The notes under the pieces are model-generated. The model was given only the letters and a program-made list of their open reading frames with translations, ran no database searches and had not been told where the DNA came from. Below are positions 1 to 9,911 of a stretch of 32,000 nt of DNA, piece after piece. Within the stretch, counting starts at the first letter, position 1. Every line of letters begins with the position of its first letter. The stretch comes from Halorubrum ruber. Lineage in GTDB: Archaea; Halobacteriota; Halobacteria; Halobacteriales; Haloferacaceae. Location: contig NZ_CP073695.1 in assembly GCF_018228765.1 (NCBI RefSeq), forward strand, positions 2,309,218 through 2,341,217, given 5' to 3'. A program made the position numbers and the translations under genes.

Positions 1-1490
1 CGCGCGGGCAGTTGCTGTTCGACGTATTCGAGTATGCAGCGAATAATCTTCTAGACCCACGTGACGAGGGTGATCTGCGCGAAATTCCGGCATATGACGA
101 TCTTCGTGAGGAGTGGCCGGGAGTGGACGTCGCCACGGTCTACGAGCAGTGGCAGCAGTTCAAGGGGCATCAGGACTTGGTGGAGTTCCATGAACTCCTC
201 GAAGCCGCTGTAGACGGTCCGCTTCCACCCACTAAGGTGGTTGTCGTGGACGAATATCACGACGCGTACCCGCTTCTGGCCCAAGTTGCAGAACGGTGGG
301 TTGCAGCCGCTAACACGGCGATCGTGGCAGGCGACCCCCTACAAGTTGTCAATGCCTATGCGGGTGCTGACCCGCGGTTCTTTACCGACCGTATGGACCA
401 CTTGCCTGAGGTGCTCCTCGATAAGTCGTGGCGGGTGGCGGAGGAACACTGGCAGGTGGCGACTCGGATGCTGCAGAGAGAGTTCGAAGCGCCACCAATC
501 GACCGACACGGTCGCGGAGAAATCCACGAGTACCAGTCTCCCGAGTTCACCCACGCGCAGAACGCGGGGTGGACGGTTCCCGGGGCGAATCAGCCGGCGA
601 GCCCCGTGGCGCTCGCAGACGAGTACGTCGCCGGGAACGACAACCGCGACATGTTGCTCCTAGCGAGAACACAGAAACAAGCGCAAGGCGTCAGCGCAGC
701 GCTCGACAAAGGCGGGGTCGTTCACGAGACCCAGGACGCCGACGACGTCGGCGGGTGGACACAACGGCGTGTAGACGCGCTAAACGCCGTATTGAAACTG
801 CAGACTGTGCCGGGAAGTTACGGGCAGGACACCAATCAGTACGGACTCATGAAGTACGACGGTGACGCGGCAGATTTCCGATTAGACGCTGAGGAAGCGG
901 CAGTCATCTTAGAGCATGCGCACGGTAGGACACTTGAACACACAAGTGATGAACTCGATTCGTTTGTGGAATCCCTACGTAGCGACTCTGAGAACTCTGA
1001 TAACGGACAGACACTGTCCGCGGATGACCTTGATAAAGTTGTCAAGCCAGCATTCTGGCGTAAGTACACGGACGGTCCGGCGACGGTGAGGCGTCTCACG
1101 AAGGCCGGCGAGTTCGAGGATGAGGACCTGAAAGCGCTGCAGAAAGCCGCTGTAAGGTACGATGACCCGGTTCCTGGGGACGTGTTGAAGAAGGTCCGTG
1201 TTCTCACGATCCACGCTTCGAAGGGTAGTGAGGCGACGGATGTCGTGATTTATGACGGGATCACGTCCACGATCGGCACTGAAATGGAGCGCTCACGTTC
1301 GACACGCGAGAACGAAGCGCGGACATGGTACGTCGGGCTGACGCGCGCGTCAGAACGCCTCCACATCATGCGTGAGGGCTTTTCTTGGGTGCAACCACAC
1401 TTACCCCGAGATATTGCTCCGGTCGCTGCAGTAGCTGCAGAGCGCGCGGTAGAAGATGAATCTGCGCGGAGCGAAGGAGGTGAGGCGTGA
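1..1490 (+). CDS. UvrD/Rep-type superfamily-1 DNA helicase, 5'-partial (frame open to the window edge, first full codon at nt 3)
   Basis: No stop between nt 3 and 1490. Motifs VVVDEYHDAYP (DExx-like motif II), VLTIHASKGSEATDVVIYDG and WYVGLTRASERLHI (UvrD C-terminal motifs V/VI). Stop TGA 1488-1490 overlaps the next ATG (TGATG). Confidence 0.75.
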   Translation, partial: RGQLLFDVFEYAANNLLDPRDEGDLREIPAYDDLREEWPGVDVATVYEQWQQFKGHQDLVEFHELLEAAVDGPLPPTKVVVVDEYHDAYPLLAQVAERWVAAANTAIVAGDPLQVVNAYAGADPRFFTDRMDHLPEVLLDKSWRVAEEHWQVATRMLQREFEAPPIDRHGRGEIHEYQSPEFTHAQNAGWTVPGANQPASPVALADEYVAGNDNRDMLLLARTQKQAQGVSAALDKGGVVHETQDADDVGGWTQRRVDALNAVLKLQTVPGSYGQDTNQYGLMKYDGDAADFRLDAEEAAVILEHAHGRTLEHTSDELDSFVESLRSDSENSDNGQTLSADDLDKVVKPAFWRKYTDGPATVRRLTKAGEFEDEDLKALQKAAVRYDDPVPGDVLKKVRVLTIHASKGSEATDVVIYDGITSTIGTEMERSRSTRENEARTWYVGLTRASERLHIMREGFSWVQPHLPRDIAPVAAVAAERAVEDESARSEGGEA

Positions 1491-2812
1491 TGAGACGTGA
1501 AACGACGCGGCGGTTAGAAAACGCTGAGAGCGCTGTCAAGGTCATTGATGTTGGCGAGCAGTACATTACCCTCGATATCCCCGAGTCTGTGTACGACGCC
1601 GAGCGAGCCATCCCGTACGAGTTGGTGGAGTTCGACGCAAAGAACTGGTTCGTTTGGGACTTAGACGAGAAGGTTCCACGAGCCCCGCATCGAAACAACG
1701 GATGGGCCGGGCGCGTGACTTGGGGGCGGGAGAACATCGACTTCGACTCCCGCGCCGGTTCAACCTTTGAGGAAGTCATCGATGCTCTCAATGGCCGCTC
1801 AGACGGCTACGTGGATGATTCGTGGCGTTTCCACGATGACGAAGAACCCCGCGAACTGTATCCGATGAGTATTCTCCCGCACGCGGACTTCAGCCCCGAA
1901 CCGGGGTTGATGTTCTTCGACTTCGACGACGTCGTCGAACCTCGCGGAGACGGGACAGCGGTCATGACACGTGAGGTGTGGGATATCGTTCAGCGACTCG
2001 AATGTTACGCTGAATTATCCACGTCAATGACGGGTGTGCACTGCTTTACGCGCGGTGAAATGCCGGGTCAGGTAGATGGGAAGAAGGTACTGAAGGACTT
2101 GAACCAAGAACTTCCGGATGGTGAAGTAGGGCACATCGAGATTTACGGATACCCCGCGAACGGTCGCGTGATGGGGACGACGTGGATGCATATTGACCAG
2201 ACTCCTCGGCATACTGTCGCAGAACGTCAGGACACGATCGTGTCGCTCACAGACGAGTTGCTCGATGACGACGATACCCTCACCGAGCGCGAGCAGGCGA
2301 AAGAAGTGTTTGAGGAGCGTGCGGACGCGGACCACGGCGAGAGTCCCGGGTCGCAATCGGCGTATTACGGGCTCAACCCGGTAACGATTGCGAACACAGG
2401 AGCGTTCCGTACTTACGCGAGTAATGGACAAGGCCCGCATCCGGTTCATGGCGGAACTAGCACACCGGATAGTGAATCCACGAACTTCGCGGTCTCACGG
2501 TCGGACGGGTGGAAGTGTTGGGCTCACGATGATGGCGGTGGAGCACTACAGCTGATTGCAGTGGAGGAAGGAATTCGCCAGTGTGGACGCGCGAGTGACG
2601 TCATGCAGCACCCAGTTGATGCGCTCCGGACGTGTTTAGCGGCACGCGACAAACACGCGCCATCTACACTCCGAGGGGAGAGCCCGCCTACAGTCGCGCT
2701 CAAGGGCGTGTTGGACGTACAAGGCGTTGATTACAACGAAGACGGACGCTTGACACGATTGAATTACGAGTTGGCGAGCGGTCTGTTCAAGGAAATGGGG
2801 TACACCGGGTGA
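1490..2812 (+). CDS. Archaeo-eukaryotic primase (PrimPol-like) replication protein with C-terminal zinc-binding-like motif
   Basis: AEP motifs LMFFDFDDV (DxD), SMTGVHCF (sGxH) and GHIEIYG..R. C-terminal HPVHGGTSTPDSESTNFAV..GWKCWAHDDGGGALQLIA block, typical of haloarchaeal plasmid/virus primases. Translationally coupled to the upstream helicase; the ORF track begins at GTG 1487, and I prefer ATG 1490. Confidence 0.7.
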   Translation: MRRETTRRLENAESAVKVIDVGEQYITLDIPESVYDAERAIPYELVEFDAKNWFVWDLDEKVPRAPHRNNGWAGRVTWGRENIDFDSRAGSTFEEVIDALNGRSDGYVDDSWRFHDDEEPRELYPMSILPHADFSPEPGLMFFDFDDVVEPRGDGTAVMTREVWDIVQRLECYAELSTSMTGVHCFTRGEMPGQVDGKKVLKDLNQELPDGEVGHIEIYGYPANGRVMGTTWMHIDQTPRHTVAERQDTIVSLTDELLDDDDTLTEREQAKEVFEERADADHGESPGSQSAYYGLNPVTIANTGAFRTYASNGQGPHPVHGGTSTPDSESTNFAVSRSDGWKCWAHDDGGGALQLIAVEEGIRQCGRASDVMQHPVDALRTCLAARDKHAPSTLRGESPPTVALKGVLDVQGVDYNEDGRLTRLNYELASGLFKEMGYTG

Positions 2813-2873
2813 CTGATATGAAAGAATCAACTGTCGGCACGAACGATGTTGTTAACATTGAGGTGGACGGCTA

Positions 2874-3158
2874 ATGCCACGCACAGAGAGCATTAACATG
2901 CGACTCAAGTGCAAGATTAACCGGTATATCGCTGATATCGAGCTCATACCTGGTCCTAATGCAGAATCGTGGCGGTGGAGCGATATCTTTGTCGCGCGTA
3001 CCGGAGCTGGCGCTGCGGATCCATCGATTGGGTACAAACTCCGCGATGCGGGGCTGCTAGTCAAACAGCCAGACGGTCGATATCGGACGACTGAGAAACT
3101 AAGCGAATACATGCAGGAAAATCACGGGGTGGATATGACAGGCCGATCTTCGGATTGA
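2874..3158 (+). CDS. Hypothetical small protein (94 aa)
   Basis: ORF only, following the PrimPol gene on the same strand. No motif recognised. Confidence 0.35.
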   Translation: MPRTESINMRLKCKINRYIADIELIPGPNAESWRWSDIFVARTGAGAADPSIGYKLRDAGLLVKQPDGRYRTTEKLSEYMQENHGVDMTGRSSD

Positions 3159-3430
3159 CAACATTGTCCGAACTGGCCCCCTCCCCGGCGGTCTCGCAGA
3201 GGCCTTCGACGACTTAGACGCCCAACCACCAAGCGAAGATCAACGAATACACTGACACGCCTGCTACCGGGGCTTCTGGGTCCCGCAAGAATGAGGGTTG
3301 ATCTCATAGTTATTGGACAATACTTGAACTCGGGGCCCGACCTAAGAGACGACGAGGCACAGACGGCGCTCGGGGTATTCGACGACACACGATCGTGTCT
3401 GCTAGAATTGTGAAAAGAATTTTCCTGTCG

Positions 3431-3613
3431 TTATGACTGTGAGATATTATCCATATCCGCGTGGTCCTTGATTAGGTTAGTGAACCACAAAATCAAATCT
3501 TGCTCCGCAAACGAAAATACATTCCACGAAACAAGTTCACTGAAGCGTTCGATTTGGCGCATAGCCACTCTAAAACCGAGCACCACTTTCTCAAACTCTC
3601 GCGGCCCCTCCAA
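3431..3613 (-). CDS. Hypothetical small protein (60 aa)
   Basis: ORF only, divergent from the 3670 operon. No motif recognised. Confidence 0.3.
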   Translation of the reverse strand: MEGPREFEKVVLGFRVAMRQIERFSELVSWNVFSFAEQDLILWFTNLIKDHADMDNISQS

Positions 3614-3638
3614 TTTACAGTTTTTAATATGGGCTAAG

Positions 3639-3645
3639 ATATAAA
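3639..3645 (+). promoter_or_regulatory. TATA-like box (ATATAAA) for the 3670-6342 operon
   Basis: AT-rich TATA-like heptamer ending 25 nt upstream of ATG 3670. This spacing is typical of haloarchaeal leaderless transcripts. Confidence 0.4.
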
Positions 3646-3669
3646 TGGCCGCCGATTACAGTTGCGATA

Positions 3670-3828
3670 ATGACTACTCTCTCTGATGACGAAGTCACAA
3701 TTTCAAGTGACAAGATTGAACAAATTCGGGAGCGCGTACTGAAAGCAGAAAAAGAGAAACTCCACTTAGATCTCCCACGTGGGATTAATGACGAAATTGA
3801 GCAAATAATTATAGAGGAAATTAACTAA
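3670..3828 (+). CDS. Small acidic protein (52 aa), first gene of the ATPase operon
   Basis: My own translation is MTTLSDDEVTISSDKIEQIRERVLKAEKEKLHLDLPRGINDEIEQIIIEEIN. It is below the ORF-track size cut-off. Its TAA shares one base with the next ATG (TAATG at 3826-3830), indicating translational coupling. Confidence 0.5.
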   Translation: MTTLSDDEVTISSDKIEQIRERVLKAEKEKLHLDLPRGINDEIEQIIIEEIN

Positions 3829-5858
3829 TGCAGCTACAACAGATTGAGTTACTAAACTTTCGGCAGTTCCGGCACGAAGCGATTGAATTTGCTCAGTCCT
3901 CTGATAAAAATGTCACCATCGTACATGGTGCCAATGGGTCCGGTAAATCGACATTACTCAACGCGTTTACTTGGCTGCTCTATGATGAGGTGGATTTCGA
4001 CACGCGTCCTGACAGACTGGCAAGTGAGGGTGCAATGGCCGAAGCATCTGTAGGTGACTCGATCTGTGTTTGTGTGGAGCTAGAATTTCTACATGATGGT
4101 ACTGAATACGTCGCTAGACGGGAGGTTGAATATGAAAAACGGGCTGACGGCGATTTTGATGGTGAACTTGTCGATGCCAATATGACAGTCAAGTACCGGG
4201 AGGGTGGCCAGTGGGAGGAGCGACTGAATCCTGATAATACGCTTGACCAGATTATCCCGAAACGATTGAGTGGCTTGTTTTTCTTTGACGGAGAGGATAT
4301 AGACGAACTTGCAGGGATTGACAATCAAGATCGCATTCAGGAAGCAATTCAAAATATAATGGGGCTCACTATTCTTGAGCGCTCTACCCGTCATTTGGAT
4401 ACTGTAGCGGACCGATTTGAAGATGAGGTGGAAAAGTATGCAAGTGATGAACTTTCAGATCTTATCTCTCAAAAGCGTGATATAGAGGAGGCTATTGATG
4501 ATCTTCAACGAAAACTCCAAGATACGAAGCGGTCTAAGGATCAAGTAGAACAAGAGATATTTGATCTTGAGCAAAAACTTGAACGGTTAGATGAGAGCGC
4601 CGCTCTTCAAGAGCGAAGAAATGAATATCGAGAAGAACGCTCCGATATTGAAGAGAATATTGAACAAATAAATGAACAGATCCGGAAAGAAGTCAGTGAT
4701 CACGGCTTCATTCCCCTCTCAATGCCCCTTATTCGGGAGACTGCAGAAGAGCTAGATTCGATGCGGGAACGTGGACTCATTCCTTCTGAATTGAGCAATT
4801 CATTCATTGATTCTTTACTTGAATCTGGGAGCTGTCTCTGCGGTCGTGAGTTGAAGCCAGGAACTGAACATTATCGTAAGGTGGAGGCGATGAAAGGTGA
4901 GGCAATTGGTGATGGCGTTGAACAAGGGGCACTTCGTATTGTTGGACACCTAAATCGGGTCTCCGAGGAAGAATCCAAATTCTTTGAAACTGCTGATGAA
5001 CTTATCGAGGAGAGAAAAGAACTTCATGACGAGCTTGACGATTATGATGAGCTAATCGATGAGATAAGTTCGGAACTACAGAAGCTTGATCAGACAACTG
5101 AATCTGGTCAGACAATTGGTGAGTTAGAATCTGAACGTGAAGAAAACGAAAGAAAGCGAGACGACCTCATTTCAGATATAGGCGGTATTGAAGAGCGAAT
5201 CGATCACAAGGAAGATGAGTTAGAGAGCCTCAAAGAGGAGATAGAGCAGCAACGCGATGAACATGAGGAGGCCCTCCTAGCCAAGCGTCGGCAAAAGGCG
5301 ACTGAACTTGTAGAAGAAGAGCTAGAATCTTCGTTCTCTGAGTTCAAAAATCAGGTCCGGGAGTGGGCAAATGACGAAATAAGAAAAACGTTTGGTGAGA
5401 TTGCGAGCAAAAACTTCACTGCTGAAATAACCGAAGAATTCAAGCTCAAAATCTGGCAAGAGGTCGGTGACGATCGTGTCGAAGTAGACAAATCAACCGG
5501 GGAACGCCAGATTGCTAGTCTTGCTTTTATTGGCAGTTTAGTCAAAATCGCCAGACAGAGATATGAATCTGAGAAAGACTCAGAGTACTTCACTGGTGGA
5601 ATTTATCCGTTGGTGATGGACTCTCCTTTTGGCGCTCTTGACAAGCGGCATCGACAAAAAGTTGGAGAGGTTATCCCCACTCTTGCAAACCAAGTAGTGG
5701 TCTTTGCGACCGACTCGCAGTGGGAAGGGCCAGTTGAAGAGGAGATGTCCGACAGGATCGGCGAACAATTTTGGCTTGATTACGACCCGGGAGAGTCGCC
5801 CGGCGAGTACCCCCAAACGAAAGTTCGCTCAGAGAGCACATCCATGGAAGCTAACTAA
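3828..5858 (+). CDS. DndD/SspC-like SMC-type AAA ATPase (676 aa)
   Basis: N-terminal IELLNFRQF..HGANGSGKSTLLNAF (Walker A). Long E/K/D/L-rich coiled-coil middle with a central CLCGRE hook-like motif. C-terminal STGERQIASLAF (signature-like) and YPLVMDSPFGALDKRHR (Walker B/D-loop of the DndD type). Confidence 0.85.
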   Translation: MQLQQIELLNFRQFRHEAIEFAQSSDKNVTIVHGANGSGKSTLLNAFTWLLYDEVDFDTRPDRLASEGAMAEASVGDSICVCVELEFLHDGTEYVARREVEYEKRADGDFDGELVDANMTVKYREGGQWEERLNPDNTLDQIIPKRLSGLFFFDGEDIDELAGIDNQDRIQEAIQNIMGLTILERSTRHLDTVADRFEDEVEKYASDELSDLISQKRDIEEAIDDLQRKLQDTKRSKDQVEQEIFDLEQKLERLDESAALQERRNEYREERSDIEENIEQINEQIRKEVSDHGFIPLSMPLIRETAEELDSMRERGLIPSELSNSFIDSLLESGSCLCGRELKPGTEHYRKVEAMKGEAIGDGVEQGALRIVGHLNRVSEEESKFFETADELIEERKELHDELDDYDELIDEISSELQKLDQTTESGQTIGELESEREENERKRDDLISDIGGIEERIDHKEDELESLKEEIEQQRDEHEEALLAKRRQKATELVEEELESSFSEFKNQVREWANDEIRKTFGEIASKNFTAEITEEFKLKIWQEVGDDRVEVDKSTGERQIASLAFIGSLVKIARQRYESEKDSEYFTGGIYPLVMDSPFGALDKRHRQKVGEVIPTLANQVVVFATDSQWEGPVEEEMSDRIGEQFWLDYDPGESPGEYPQTKVRSESTSMEAN

Positions 5859-5859
5859 A

Positions 5860-6342
5860 ATGGGACGTATTATCAATTACAAGAAAACCGAGCTGTACGA
5901 CACGCTGGTTGATGAGTACGAAGTCTTTGAGAATTACTATGACCTTCTCATCTTCCTTGCGGTTATAGGATATAAGGAAGACAACCCCGTCCGCGAGGGA
6001 TACCGTGGTAGTAGTTCGGAGGGTACAGCTGGTGAATCGGGGCTACATAATGTTTATTCTCAGGATCTGTATCGTACGATTATGGCTAGTCTAGCCTTTC
6101 AGGATACCGGAGACCCAGAGGCTCTCGTTGACGAACAAACACATATGAAAGTTCTTGCTCAGTATGCTGCAGGTGGACTAGAGATTGCCGAAGACGAGTT
6201 CGGAGATATTGCTGGTGATCCTACAGATGCGATAATCAATTATATAAAAATGTCTCAGAGCGAGGGCACCGGAACTGAAGGAGAGCTAGCCAAGATTGTT
6301 CAGAGTTTTGATGACGAGATGATGAACATCGAAGGGGAGTAA
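5860..6342 (+). CDS. Hypothetical 160-aa protein coupled to the ATPase (possibly related to small Dnd-system-associated proteins; unverified)
   Basis: ATG 5860 lies 1 nt after the ATPase stop. The ORF-track start at 5704 would overlap the ATPase by 155 nt and is unlikely. Acidic composition; no motif confidently recognised. Confidence 0.65.
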   Translation: MGRIINYKKTELYDTLVDEYEVFENYYDLLIFLAVIGYKEDNPVREGYRGSSSEGTAGESGLHNVYSQDLYRTIMASLAFQDTGDPEALVDEQTHMKVLAQYAAGGLEIAEDEFGDIAGDPTDAIINYIKMSQSEGTGTEGELAKIVQSFDDEMMNIEGE

Positions 6343-6416
6343 ATTAGCATTACAGCAAGTATTTTTAAATTAGCCATATCCACAACATTAAGACGCCGCT
6401 GAGTATCAAGGGGACC

Positions 6417-8903
6417 ATGGAAGAGGAATCCAATACGCCACTTTGTGGCAAAGAGATTTTTCTCTATCCGGGTGACCCGGATGGAACCGGTATGCTAGCG
6501 TACGATACCACCCAATACAGAGATCAGTATGATAATCTTCAGTTTGCAGACAGTACACAATTTATTAGTTCATTAGAAGAGAATATACGCCTTGAAAATC
6601 GTTCTCTCCTCCGCGTAGCAGAGGGAGAGAGATTTGTCGTACCTGAATACCAGCGGAATTTTACTTGGGAAGAGGATCAACATGAGGAACTTTGGAACAC
6701 TATATTATCTATTCAGGACCTAAAGCCGAAAGCGAATAATCTTCCTGTTGATACTTACTTTGGAACTGTGTACGTCGCCCGCGACGCCGACGGAGATGTA
6801 TTCGAGATTATTGACGGTCAGCAGCGTCTGACCACAGTAGCAATTATTCTAAAGAATCTAAAGCAGCAGCTAGAAGCTCGATTCGACAGTATAGATGGGC
6901 AGCTTCTCGAATATGCACAACATGTCTGTGACCGCCATTTAGAGGATCTATTATTCCGTGCTGACGGTCCGGCTATTACTCCCTTCATTACGTTGAATGA
7001 CCACGATCAGCCGTTCTTTGATATTGTGTTTAAAGAGAAAGAGGACCGGATTAAACCAGTAAAAAATCTCCCGCAATATGATGGACGAAAGACAAACTCA
7101 ATCACTGTGCAGTCACTTCTTGATGAACTTGATATCCCAGAAGAAGCATACGAAGAGGATGAAGACTTTGAGGACACTGACATGCTTGAATCGTACCGCT
7201 ACTATGGAGATGCACATAGACGACTCGTTAATGCTGACAAATTCTACAAGAAAAATATTAGACAGTTCATTGAGAAGGATATCTTTGAAACTCCGGCGAC
7301 AAAGGTCCGAGCGTTGCTAAATCTGACTCACTATATTCTCCGTTCCCTTCGCGTCTCAGAATGTATCTTTGAGACTAGTAATCAGGAGCTCCGAATCGAA
7401 GTCTTTCAATCGCTCAACGACCGTGGTGTTGAGTTATCGAATATGGATAAGATTCGAGCTCGTGTTGTGGGGCGATTCCAAGGAGAATCAGATAGTGGTG
7501 TACAGATCGATCGCTGGGAAAGCGTTGTCAAGACGTTTGGAGGAGATTCCGATGATGTTGAAGACTTTCTTGCCCACTATCTTGCAGCGACAGAGAAAGA
7601 ATTCTCTACGGTCACAGAAGCGAAAAACGAAATGCTCGAAGCATTTCGTCTCAAACAAATCGGTCATCACGATATCCAATCGAGACTGGCAAGCCCAGGC
7701 CAGGCTCGGGACTTCTTAGAAGAATTAGTGAATTATGCACAGCGATATCGTGAAATTGTTTCTGCCGATTTGACAGATGACGATTTAGAGCTGAAAGACC
7801 CAGAAAAAAGCGAGTGTGAGGAGATTCTCAAGCGGCTCAACAAACTTGGAACTAAACAGTGGCGGCCGTTCGTGATGTACGTCTACCAAGCGGTGACGGA
7901 AGCCCCACAAAAAGATCAGTTTTTGGTCGATGTCTTGAAAACAGTAGAGAATATCTCGTTCCGATTTTCTATATCGGATCTTGTCGGCACAGTCGTTGAT
8001 GACACTTATCCGGATTCCTGCCAAGAATTTCGAGAGCTTGAGCAGACGGGGAATCAATTTGATTCCGAGGAGGTATCTGAGATTCTTATTGAGAATATCG
8101 ATAATTCTGCACGACAGATGTTCGGCGAATCATTCATCGATCGACTTGTTAGTAAAGAGAGTTGGAACAACAACAAGACAAAACAACTGTACTTGAAGGT
8201 CGCGGATGAAGACTTTAGGAAGAGAAATCAGGTTGGGATCACGAACTCTCACCTCAGTTCAGACTCTAGTGAAGTACATATTGAACACGTACTCCCAGTA
8301 TCATACATTTTGCCTAAGAAAGACCATCCGTATGCGTGGTTAGAGCACTTCTTCCGTAATAACGGAGATAACAAGATTCGCACTCAGATCGATTATCTTC
8401 AGTCACGTGACGCACACGAGCTGTCACCCGGTGACGACGGCTATGATGAGATCGAGCGAATCGTAAATGGAATCGAGGAACGCTTCGTACGTGATCTTGG
8501 AAACATGATTTTGCTTGACGAAGCGGTCAACCGGCCGATTCAGAATCGTCTCTTTTCAGTCAAGCTCAAGGAGTACCACAAAGAGCACAGCAAGGACATG
8601 GAAAACATCATCAACCAATACTTCGGTACTGATGGAGCAATTGACGAAGCGGAACTTCAGCGCTTACTAGCGCTTGATATGCCCGATGATGAGACGAGAT
8701 CTAGTTCTCCCTCACTTGTTCAAGATTTCAACGAGTGGTGGACGTATGAGCGCCTCGTACAACGGAAATCACAGCTAGTGTCTGAAATTTTGGAATCACT
8801 CACATTCCCAACCAGACCAGACGAGTTCGAACCGTTTGTAGATGATATCGAAAATATAGTCGAGGAAGATGTTCAGAAGCGTTTAGCAGTTCTAACTGTC
8901 TAA
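6417..8903 (+). CDS. DUF262 (ParB-like NTPase) - DUF1524 (HNH-type nuclease) protein, GmrSD/SspE architecture (828 aa)
   Basis: N-terminal VPEYQRNFTWEEDQHEELW and IIDGQQRLTT (DUF262 hallmarks). C-terminal VHIEHVLP and GNMILLDEAVNRPIQNRLFSVKLKEY (DUF1524 hallmarks). TTTTTAAAT box at 6362-6370 suggests its own promoter. Confidence 0.85.
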   Translation: MEEESNTPLCGKEIFLYPGDPDGTGMLAYDTTQYRDQYDNLQFADSTQFISSLEENIRLENRSLLRVAEGERFVVPEYQRNFTWEEDQHEELWNTILSIQDLKPKANNLPVDTYFGTVYVARDADGDVFEIIDGQQRLTTVAIILKNLKQQLEARFDSIDGQLLEYAQHVCDRHLEDLLFRADGPAITPFITLNDHDQPFFDIVFKEKEDRIKPVKNLPQYDGRKTNSITVQSLLDELDIPEEAYEEDEDFEDTDMLESYRYYGDAHRRLVNADKFYKKNIRQFIEKDIFETPATKVRALLNLTHYILRSLRVSECIFETSNQELRIEVFQSLNDRGVELSNMDKIRARVVGRFQGESDSGVQIDRWESVVKTFGGDSDDVEDFLAHYLAATEKEFSTVTEAKNEMLEAFRLKQIGHHDIQSRLASPGQARDFLEELVNYAQRYREIVSADLTDDDLELKDPEKSECEEILKRLNKLGTKQWRPFVMYVYQAVTEAPQKDQFLVDVLKTVENISFRFSISDLVGTVVDDTYPDSCQEFRELEQTGNQFDSEEVSEILIENIDNSARQMFGESFIDRLVSKESWNNNKTKQLYLKVADEDFRKRNQVGITNSHLSSDSSEVHIEHVLPVSYILPKKDHPYAWLEHFFRNNGDNKIRTQIDYLQSRDAHELSPGDDGYDEIERIVNGIEERFVRDLGNMILLDEAVNRPIQNRLFSVKLKEYHKEHSKDMENIINQYFGTDGAIDEAELQRLLALDMPDDETRSSSPSLVQDFNEWWTYERLVQRKSQLVSEILESLTFPTRPDEFEPFVDDIENIVEEDVQKRLAVLTV

Positions 8904-9097
8904 GACTAGACTCTGCTATGGCCTACTCTTCAAATATACACTTACAGGGAATAGTAGGTCACTGAAGGATTGGAATAGGGCAGACTGGCCTATTTAAAAC
9001 GGTACTTCATCTTTTTCGAACTCTCCTCCCAATCATAGCCCTAATCACAGTCTTCACAATCGCATATACATGGCCCCTCTAATCAAATCTGTCAGAA

Positions 9098-9757
9098 TCA
9101 GACTGGTTGCTTTACAAACTCTGTTACAACGTAGAACGGAAGCGTATCAATTAGCGCGACAAGCAGCTTCACGATGTACTGCCCAGCGACGATTGAGGCG
9201 AGTGCCCAGCCCCACGTTGGCTCCCCACCAAGGCCGAGTGCCGGGAAGATAGCGAAGCCGAGCGTGATGAACACGATCGTGTCCACGCCTTGACTGACTG
9301 CAGTAGACCCACAGTTCCGAAGCCAGCGATGGCGACCGCCGGTGCGAGTCTTCAGATTGGCGAATAATCGGACGTCGAGATGCTGGGCGAACGCGAGCGC
9401 GACGACGGAGGCGAGGATGATCGATGCGGAGCCGCCAAGCGTCGATACGAACGCGTCTTGTCCACCGTAGAACGGGGCAGACGGCATCCAAATGGCGAGG
9501 AACACGAGCGCATACGCGATGACGAGCGTGACGACGGTTCCGTTGACCACGGTCGCAGCGTACTCTTTCCCGTGGTACTCGACAAGCAGGTCTGAAGCGA
9601 GGTAAGCCACGCCGAAGGCGACGAAACCGGCGGGGACGGCGACGCCCCCAAGCCCGGGGAGCTCGATCCACGTCAGTTTCGCTGCGAGGACGTTTGCGAG
9701 AACGATTGAACCGGCGAACACGGCGGTGAAGATCGCGCGAGTATCCTCAGTCTCCAT
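9098..9757 (-). CDS. yhhQ: VUT-family (YhhQ/DUF165) queuosine-precursor (preQ0/preQ1) transporter
   Basis: Polytopic membrane protein. The block AQHLDVRLFANLK..RHRWLRNCGSTAVSQGVDTIVFITLGF aligns by eye with E. coli YhhQ QILDVHVFNRLRQ..WWLAPTASTLFGNVSDTLAFFFIAF. Divergent from queD. Confidence 0.8.
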   Translation of the reverse strand: METEDTRAIFTAVFAGSIVLANVLAAKLTWIELPGLGGVAVPAGFVAFGVAYLASDLLVEYHGKEYAATVVNGTVVTLVIAYALVFLAIWMPSAPFYGGQDAFVSTLGGSASIILASVVALAFAQHLDVRLFANLKTRTGGRHRWLRNCGSTAVSQGVDTIVFITLGFAIFPALGLGGEPTWGWALASIVAGQYIVKLLVALIDTLPFYVVTEFVKQPV

Positions 9758-9911
9758 CAGCTGTCACCGTCTTGTATGGGCGTACAGTTTCCTGTGGTTC
9801 GCTGTCTTGAGCTGACCCCAGTAGAAACCGGTGCGCAACGACCGATAGGGTAGACGGTGGATGAGTGTGAGTCGGGTTGCTGTTCCATCGGTGAAGTAAC
9901 GAAACTCAATC

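Noticed and set aside
5704-5859. 5' extension of the 160-aa ORF (track start at 5704).
   Set aside because: It overlaps the ATPase C-terminus in another frame with basic, atypical composition. ATG 5860 directly follows the ATPase stop.
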